From Candidatus Hermodarchaeota archaeon (lineage in GTDB: Archaea > Asgardarchaeota > Lokiarchaeia > Sigyniarchaeales > SOKP01): a DNA stretch of 64,000 nt. The notes beneath the pieces were generated by a model that was not told the DNA's origin, made no database searches, and saw only the letters and a program-made list of their open reading frames with translations. The position numbers and the translations under genes were made by a program. Location of the stretch: contig JBHLLG010000002.1 of assembly GCA_048885925.1 (NCBI GenBank), forward strand, positions 38,923 to 102,922. The letters are read 5' to 3'. Of this stretch, positions 56,963-64,000 are shown piece after piece (within the stretch, counting starts at the first letter, position 1; every line of letters begins with the position of its first letter).

Positions 56963-58429
56963 ATGAAAGATAGAAAAACAGATACAAAAGTAGTTTTAGT
57001 AGAAACTGAAAAAGATTTCCTAGAAGAAAGTAGAGAGAGATTCTTCCAAGTAGATGTTCTAAAAGCAATTATGATCTTTTTAGTCATATTCGATCATATG
57101 GTATCCTGGGAAGTAAAAAGAGAGATAGGTGTGTCCTTATGGGAAAGGATCTCAATTCCGGTCTTTTTAGTAATAATGGGCTTTAATATGGGGATTTCAT
57201 TTCAAAAAAAAGGAGTCCAATCATTAAAAGAATTATATTCTTGGAGCTACTTTAAAAGTAAGATTTTACGGTATATTTTACCATTTCTAGTTTTGTATGC
57301 AGCTTCAACGTTTATAGGCTTATTTATGTACGGATTTGATCTCTCAGCAATGTATCATGGACAAAATTACCCAGATCGTGGCTTTATACTCTTATTTATA
57401 GGATTTTTGCCATTTTGGGGCCCTGGAAATTGGTTTCTTCCAGTAATTTTTGGATCTATCTTAATATTTCCTTTATTATATTGGGCATTTACAAAGAAAC
57501 CAATCCTAACATTAATTCTTTGTTTCGCTGTTGAGATCATAATGCAATTGATTGTATTTTTCGTTATAGGACAAATTACAACTTGGGAAGAAGCGCATTA
57601 TTACAATTTATTCGCGACCAGCGTTTTATTCTATCTATCTGCTATAGGATTAGGTCTGTGGTTTTCATTTAATCGTAAGCCTTTTTCAAGACGTAACTTG
57701 TTTATCTGGATTTTATTTCCAATTAGTTTAACATATATGATATTCTACCAATTCTTCGATTTTCGATTCCGAATCGGGGATGTTCCACTATTCAGAGGAG
57801 ATTACCTTTTCTTAATATTTCCATATTCTGCGTTTTTATTTCTACTGGCAATGAGATTTTTACCTCAAAAGTCTGAAGGGGGAATTTCTCGAGCGATATC
57901 TTTAATTGGAAAATCAACATACCATATTTTACTTACACAAATATTAGGTTACGGTATGATCTATGCTTTTTGGGGCACTCATTATGGTATTACTGCTGGT
58001 TTTGGACCTGAAAAAATAATAGACATGATTGTACTCTGGATCTTTTTCATCTCATTTGGAATTTTATGGTATAAAATAGATCAAAATAAAGACTTACGAC
58101 GACGCGCCTTATATTATATCAACTTTTTTATAGTATTTGCATCACTCTTGCTTTTAACTTTCTGGGTTCAAGAATTTTGGGTACCAATACCTCTTTTGAT
58201 AATTATTATTTATGCTATTGTAGCTTTAATCACCAAGTTTATCATTAAAAAACCGCTTCAAACAGGGAGTCTTAGTTTATGGACTATATTTTTAATGATG
58301 GCCTTTATAATGATGATTCTTCAAGTAGAAATATTTCAACCGAAAAGAGTTTGGATTACCTTCATTCCAATTGCGATTACTCTCTCTCTTGCGATTGTTG
58401 GGACTTATTTAGATTATAAACTAAGTTAA
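56963..58429 (+). CDS. Acyltransferase-3 family membrane protein, paralogue B, with C-terminal two-TM hairpin module
   Basis: FQVDVLKAIMIFLVIFDHMVSW. Colinear with paralogue A and contains the 199-nt identical tract. Confidence 0.75.
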   Translation: MKDRKTDTKVVLVETEKDFLEESRERFFQVDVLKAIMIFLVIFDHMVSWEVKREIGVSLWERISIPVFLVIMGFNMGISFQKKGVQSLKELYSWSYFKSKILRYILPFLVLYAASTFIGLFMYGFDLSAMYHGQNYPDRGFILLFIGFLPFWGPGNWFLPVIFGSILIFPLLYWAFTKKPILTLILCFAVEIIMQLIVFFVIGQITTWEEAHYYNLFATSVLFYLSAIGLGLWFSFNRKPFSRRNLFIWILFPISLTYMIFYQFFDFRFRIGDVPLFRGDYLFLIFPYSAFLFLLAMRFLPQKSEGGISRAISLIGKSTYHILLTQILGYGMIYAFWGTHYGITAGFGPEKIIDMIVLWIFFISFGILWYKIDQNKDLRRRALYYINFFIVFASLLLLTFWVQEFWVPIPLLIIIIYAIVALITKFIIKKPLQTGSLSLWTIFLMMAFIMMILQVEIFQPKRVWITFIPIAITLSLAIVGTYLDYKLS

Positions 58430-58540
58430 ATAATAATATTATTTTTTTCTCCTTCTTATATTTAGACTATAATTTTACCAAAAGTTTTTTTAAATTACTT
58501 TTAAAAGTCCCAATAGTTTATTTTTTTAATATTTGTGTAA

Positions 58541-58693
58541 TTAATTGATTAAATAATAAGATTTCTTCTTTGACTCGTTAATTTTAATTTCTTTAACAAT
58601 TTCTTTGAATGCCTTTTTATAATAATCTTTTGGACTCATTTCCTGCATTTTTTCATTTTTCGTTAACCATTTTCGCCTTTTTAGAGGTTCCAT
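58541..58693 (-). CDS. Possible 50-aa basic small protein (below track size cutoff)
   Basis: ATG at 58693: MEPLKRRKWLTKNEKMQEMSPKDYYKKAFKEIVKEIKINESKKKSYYLIN, with TAA at 58541..58543. Lies in the 525-bp gap downstream of rps7. No homology recognised. Confidence 0.2.
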   Translation of the reverse strand: MEPLKRRKWLTKNEKMQEMSPKDYYKKAFKEIVKEIKINESKKKSYYLIN

Positions 58694-58953
58694 ACTTAGC
58701 TATCTCCATAAGTAAATTATTAAAAATCAAAAAGAATCTTAAGAAATTATATAGTTATATCCCAATATTCCATTATTCTTGAGTAATACTTAAAAGAAAA
58801 TGGTATATTTTTGAACTATTCACTCTTTCAAATAGGATTTATATAAAATATAGAAATATAATCCTACTATTTTTTTGAAAATTTTTTTTAAAATCAATGA
58901 TTTAAGTAATTGATTTTATATAAAAAGTGGTTCATTGAACATTTTCGAAATAT

Positions 58954-59577
58954 TTATCTTGCAGAGACTGCTATTCTTTCAATTTCATCTTTACGTTTTA
59001 CTGCTCTCGAATCTTGACTGTTCTTCGAGGCTAATATTAATTCCTGAGCCAGATTGTCTTCGAATTCTTTCTCATTAGAATGAGACCTAGCGCCAATTGC
59101 TTGAACAAGATACTTTATACCTAAGTCAACTCTGCGTTGTGGAGCGATATCTACAGCTGAAGCATAACTAATGCCTCCCATCGCGATTTTTGTTGTCTCT
59201 TCACGAGGTGCTGAATTAATTATCGCATCGATTAGAACTTGAATGGGATTTTGATTAGTAATGAGCTCGATTAATGTAAATGCATTTTCTAAACTCTTAG
59301 TTAACTTACCTTTTTTCCCAGAATTAGAAGAACTTTTATGACCTTTAATTTTACTGCCAATAAATCCAGGAGATAATAATCTATTTGTAAATCTTTCTAT
59401 TATTGATACTTTTGAAGATTTCCAAAATCTTTTATGTTCATGTCTTCCAGAAGAATAAGGAACTATAATAGGCTTTAAATTAATATAATTCTCAAGGGTT
59501 ATATCATCTATATTAACATCTGAAAAAGACCACTTATTAAAGAGTTTGATGTCTTTCTTGGTTTTACTCATATTCAT
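58954..59577 (-). CDS. rps7: Ribosomal protein S7 (uS7)
   Basis: 207 aa with the typical archaeal uS7 C-terminal half (AIINSAPREETT...GGISYASAVDIAPQRRVD...). Follows rps12. Confidence 0.95.
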   Translation of the reverse strand: MNMSKTKKDIKLFNKWSFSDVNIDDITLENYINLKPIIVPYSSGRHEHKRFWKSSKVSIIERFTNRLLSPGFIGSKIKGHKSSSNSGKKGKLTKSLENAFTLIELITNQNPIQVLIDAIINSAPREETTKIAMGGISYASAVDIAPQRRVDLGIKYLVQAIGARSHSNEKEFEDNLAQELILASKNSQDSRAVKRKDEIERIAVSAR

Positions 59578-59589
59578 TTCCTTCTATTA

Positions 59590-60018
59590 TTATCGTAATG
59601 GTTTCTCTTTTTTTCCACTAAGTAATGCATCAAGACTTACTCCATTAACTTTTACTACTTTATAACGAACTCCGGGAAGGTCACCAACAGATCGTCCTTT
59701 TGCTCCTCCAATCCCTTCAACGATAACTCTATCATGCTCTTCTATAAAATTAAGAGCTCCATCTCCAGGCAAGAATGCCGTGACTCCTTTTCCATTTTTC
59801 TTTAATTGAACACGAACACACTTCCGAATAGCAGAGTTAGGTTGCTTACTCTCTCTACCAACTTTTTGAAGTACAATTCCAAGAGCTTGAGGACTTCCTT
59901 CAAGAGGATCAACCTTCTTTTTCAATTGAAGTTTCCTTCTTTTATATTTGGTTTTTGACCATCGAAATTTCTTTCGGGTGGTTTGAAGTTTTCGAGCCGC
60001 ATATAGTCCTTTTGGCAC
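59590..60018 (-). CDS. rps12: Ribosomal protein S12 (uS12)
   Basis: [28 protein letters not shown]...[13 protein letters not shown]. Confidence 0.95.
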   Translation of the reverse strand: MPKGLYAARKLQTTRKKFRWSKTKYKRRKLQLKKKVDPLEGSPQALGIVLQKVGRESKQPNSAIRKCVRVQLKKNGKGVTAFLPGDGALNFIEEHDRVIVEGIGGAKGRSVGDLPGVRYKVVKVNGVSLDALLSGKKEKPLR

Positions 60019-60115
60019 TTTTATACACCAAAATTAAATTATTTATAATGTGAAAAAATACATCTTTAAACTTAAAATTTATGGAAAGAATTTAATTCTA
60101 TTATATTGTAGTAAT

Positions 60116-61372
60116 TTATTCTACTCGTAGATCAAGACTCTTTATAGCATTATAACAAATATCTATAACTCCATTTAGGTTTTCAGCGCTACACAATTCA
60201 GGAGTATCCTTTTTCGAATGGATATATTTTGAATCTTTATTTGATAAAAAACAACTTACCTGAAAATCTTTCTTTTCAGCTTTTTTTGTGAAGGCACGAA
60301 AAGATAAATGATCACTTCCAGATCCGAATGCCATCTTTGGACTATCAGAATTGATTTTTTGTTGCATATCTGAGGCTTTTAAAACATCATTTAAATTTTT
60401 GTTTAATTTCTTTTTCTTAAGTAATCCAGTCTCATCAATTAAACCTATATATGTACCCACCATATCAACGTTAATATTGTATGATTTGTTTAAGTCATAA
60501 TCGTAATCTATTTCTTCTAAATGTTTAGAACAAAAGTGCTTTGAGCCCCATATCCCCATTTCTTCTGCCCCACACCATAAAAAGATTACATCTGTTCTTT
60601 CAAGAGGATTTTTCTTTACTAATTTAGCTAATTCTAATAAAATTGCTGTCCCTGAAGCATTATCTATCGACCCAATAGATTCATTTGTTTTTCTATTAAA
60701 AAAAGTAATAAAGAGTTCACTCATAATGATAATTCCAACAATAAAGGATATTGTTCTTATTAATAAGTATACAAACTCGATGGAAATTGCTGTAAATAAA
60801 ATAACAATTGACCAAATGGAGAGAATAATGTTTATTAGAAAATAAGAAAGAAGAAGGAAAAGAATTGAAAGAAGTAAAGGTTTCATCATTTTTGTTGGAA
60901 AAAGACTTGAAACAGAATCATAATGAGCTGAAAAAATGATAACTGGCCTCTTAGGATATAAATCTTTTGCTTGTATGGTGGTGTAAAGATTTTTTGATTC
61001 TCTTTTCTTACCAATATATAAAATCTTGGATTGATCAAACAGAAACTTTCCTCCGGATAACAGAATTACAATGAATAACCCATCAAGAGGAAGGATTATC
61101 CATGTAAAGAGAGGATTTAATAATAAAATTTGACAAATGAGAATGAAGGTAAAAAACCATAAAAATAGTAATTTCCTTAATTTTGTTGTTGTTGTAGTCC
61201 ATTTAAAAGATTCTATGATGGGTTGAATATTCTGTTTATCTAATTCTTTGATGATATAATTAATTGCTTTAGTTTCGCCTTCAGTTGCAGCATACCTTTT
61301 AAATGCTAACGTTTTCACGTGGTTAATAGCAGCATTTTCATCATACAATTTCAAATCAGAAATATATCTCAC
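60116..61372 (-). CDS. M28-family metallopeptidase with embedded TM segments
   Basis: IIFSAHYDSV, DNASGTAILLELAKL, WCGAEEMGIWGS, DMVG and SDHLSF are M28 zinc-ligand motifs. Several hydrophobic helices lie between the N-terminal and catalytic parts. Confidence 0.7.
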   Translation of the reverse strand: MRYISDLKLYDENAAINHVKTLAFKRYAATEGETKAINYIIKELDKQNIQPIIESFKWTTTTTKLRKLLFLWFFTFILICQILLLNPLFTWIILPLDGLFIVILLSGGKFLFDQSKILYIGKKRESKNLYTTIQAKDLYPKRPVIIFSAHYDSVSSLFPTKMMKPLLLSILFLLLSYFLINIILSIWSIVILFTAISIEFVYLLIRTISFIVGIIIMSELFITFFNRKTNESIGSIDNASGTAILLELAKLVKKNPLERTDVIFLWCGAEEMGIWGSKHFCSKHLEEIDYDYDLNKSYNINVDMVGTYIGLIDETGLLKKKKLNKNLNDVLKASDMQQKINSDSPKMAFGSGSDHLSFRAFTKKAEKKDFQVSCFLSNKDSKYIHSKKDTPELCSAENLNGVIDICYNAIKSLDLRVE

Positions 61373-61430
61373 TTTAATAGTAAATTTTTTTTATAAAATT
61401 GATAATTGTTAATAAGGATATCAATGAAAA

Positions 61431-61907
61431 TTAGATATTTTTAGTGTTGATTATAACGTTGTCTACTTCAAAATATCTTAAAACCAATTCTTTAATCTTT
61501 CTTATCATTGAACCATCTTTACCGATAGCTTTTCCTCGATCTTGAGGACGCACAGTAATAATAACGGTCTTTCTTTGATTTTTACTTTCTTTAATCTCTA
61601 TATTTTGAACTTTTATTAAATTTTTAGTTGTTTGTAAGATATTTTGGATAAATTTATTTAAATCTTCAGAAAAAGCTATTACATCGATTTTTTTCTGAAG
61701 TTTTGACTTTAAATCTTTAACATGTTCACCAGCTTTTCCAATCGCTTTTCCAACATCTTCTTCTTTTACTAGAAATATAATGATTTCTGACCCATTCTCA
61801 GGAGATTTAAAGATTAAACAGTCTTTTATGATAGCACCAGAAATGTTGTTAAATAGAGAAATAAGTTCCATTGCTTCCCGATCAATTTTAATATTCTTTT
61901 TTAACAT
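61431..61907 (-). CDS. nusA: Archaeal NusA-like protein (two KH domains)
   Basis: GKAIGKAGEHVKDL and GKAIGKDGSMIRKI are GxxG KH motifs. Sits at the canonical position between L30e and S12. Confidence 0.85.
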   Translation of the reverse strand: MLKKNIKIDREAMELISLFNNISGAIIKDCLIFKSPENGSEIIIFLVKEEDVGKAIGKAGEHVKDLKSKLQKKIDVIAFSEDLNKFIQNILQTTKNLIKVQNIEIKESKNQRKTVIITVRPQDRGKAIGKDGSMIRKIKELVLRYFEVDNVIINTKNI

Positions 61908-61934
61908 TTAAAAAACTAGCTAATTGTAATTGGG

Positions 61935-62309
61935 TTATTTAGTTTTTAATTTTATTAAATCAGAATCTCCAAAATCAAAAACTCCTATAACAGAAATCAT
62001 ATAAGGTTTAGCACACGCTAATCCTAAATCCCAGCTTGATCCTTTGTATTTATAGATAAAGACTTTATCTTTCAAAAGAGAATTATAGTGATTTAATTGA
62101 TTTATCAATTCTAATGGACAATTTTTGCTTACAATGAGCATTTTAAAGGGATTTTTTCCTCTTAAATTTTTTAATACTTGGTTTTTGCCATAAATTATTT
62201 TACCCGTCTTATAAGCAACTTTGATATTTGTGTCAACATCAAATTCTTTGACTTTTTTTCTGCTCAGATCAACTTTTTCAATGGTATCTTTACTTGTTCT
62301 TTTCCCCAT
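61935..62309 (-). CDS. rpl30e: Ribosomal protein L30e (eL30)
   Basis: YKTGKIIYGKNQVLKNLRGKN.KMLIVSKNCP...YKGSSWDLGLACAKPYMISVIGV.DFGDSD. Canonical position after rpoA2. Confidence 0.85.
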   Translation of the reverse strand: MGKRTSKDTIEKVDLSRKKVKEFDVDTNIKVAYKTGKIIYGKNQVLKNLRGKNPFKMLIVSKNCPLELINQLNHYNSLLKDKVFIYKYKGSSWDLGLACAKPYMISVIGVFDFGDSDLIKLKTK

Positions 62310-62410
62310 AATAAAATCATACGTAATCTATATAATAAGTAATAAGAATGATACTTTTTTAATATTATTTAGCTAATGTGTGTTTTTTCTTTATAATTAA
62401 AAGTTTTCGT

Positions 62411-64000
<1,590 letters not shown>

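Overview
AT-rich (by eye about 30% G+C) archaeal chromosomal segment, densely coding on both strands. I saw no rRNA, tRNA, CRISPR array or obvious mobile element. Most of the content is archaeal information-processing core: the RNAP A'/A''-L30e-NusA-S12-S7 cluster, EF-1alpha, aEF-2, aIF5B, aIF2alpha-Nop10, L44e-S27e, TFS, Csl4-Rpo11, RFC small subunit, a PCNA-PriL-PriS-GINS cluster, CCA enzyme, TruA and Taw1. Mixed in are bacterial-type UvrA/UvrB, enolase, PyrB, a tungsten-type aldehyde:ferredoxin oxidoreductase, a 1299-aa eukaryote-like STT3/AglB and several Ras-superfamily small GTPases. That combination suggests an Asgard (Loki-like) archaeon, which is an inference. The observations most worth a second look are these. 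(1) The aEF-2 gene is intact except for one in-frame TAA inside a GATTTA hexamer repeat, and its diphthamide loop is non-canonical. (2) At 52-58.6 kb, two paralogous acyltransferase-3 membrane proteins flank a zinc-ribbon membrane protein. All three share a novel two-TM E-[VI]-F-x-P hairpin module, each is preceded by the palindrome ATTGGACTCCAAT, and the locus lies next to a divergent wHTH + ATP-cone + degenerate NrdD-like putative regulator. It also shows a 100%-identical gene-conversion tract. (3) A coding frame of at least 1066 codons at the left edge is absent from the supplied ORF track; it encodes a P-loop-less GTPase-like domain fused to TPR-like repeats and sits beside a block of seven uncharacterised genes. 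(4) Two further genes have damaged or non-canonical starts that single-base indels would repair. All functional calls come from motif recognition by eye; no database search was run.
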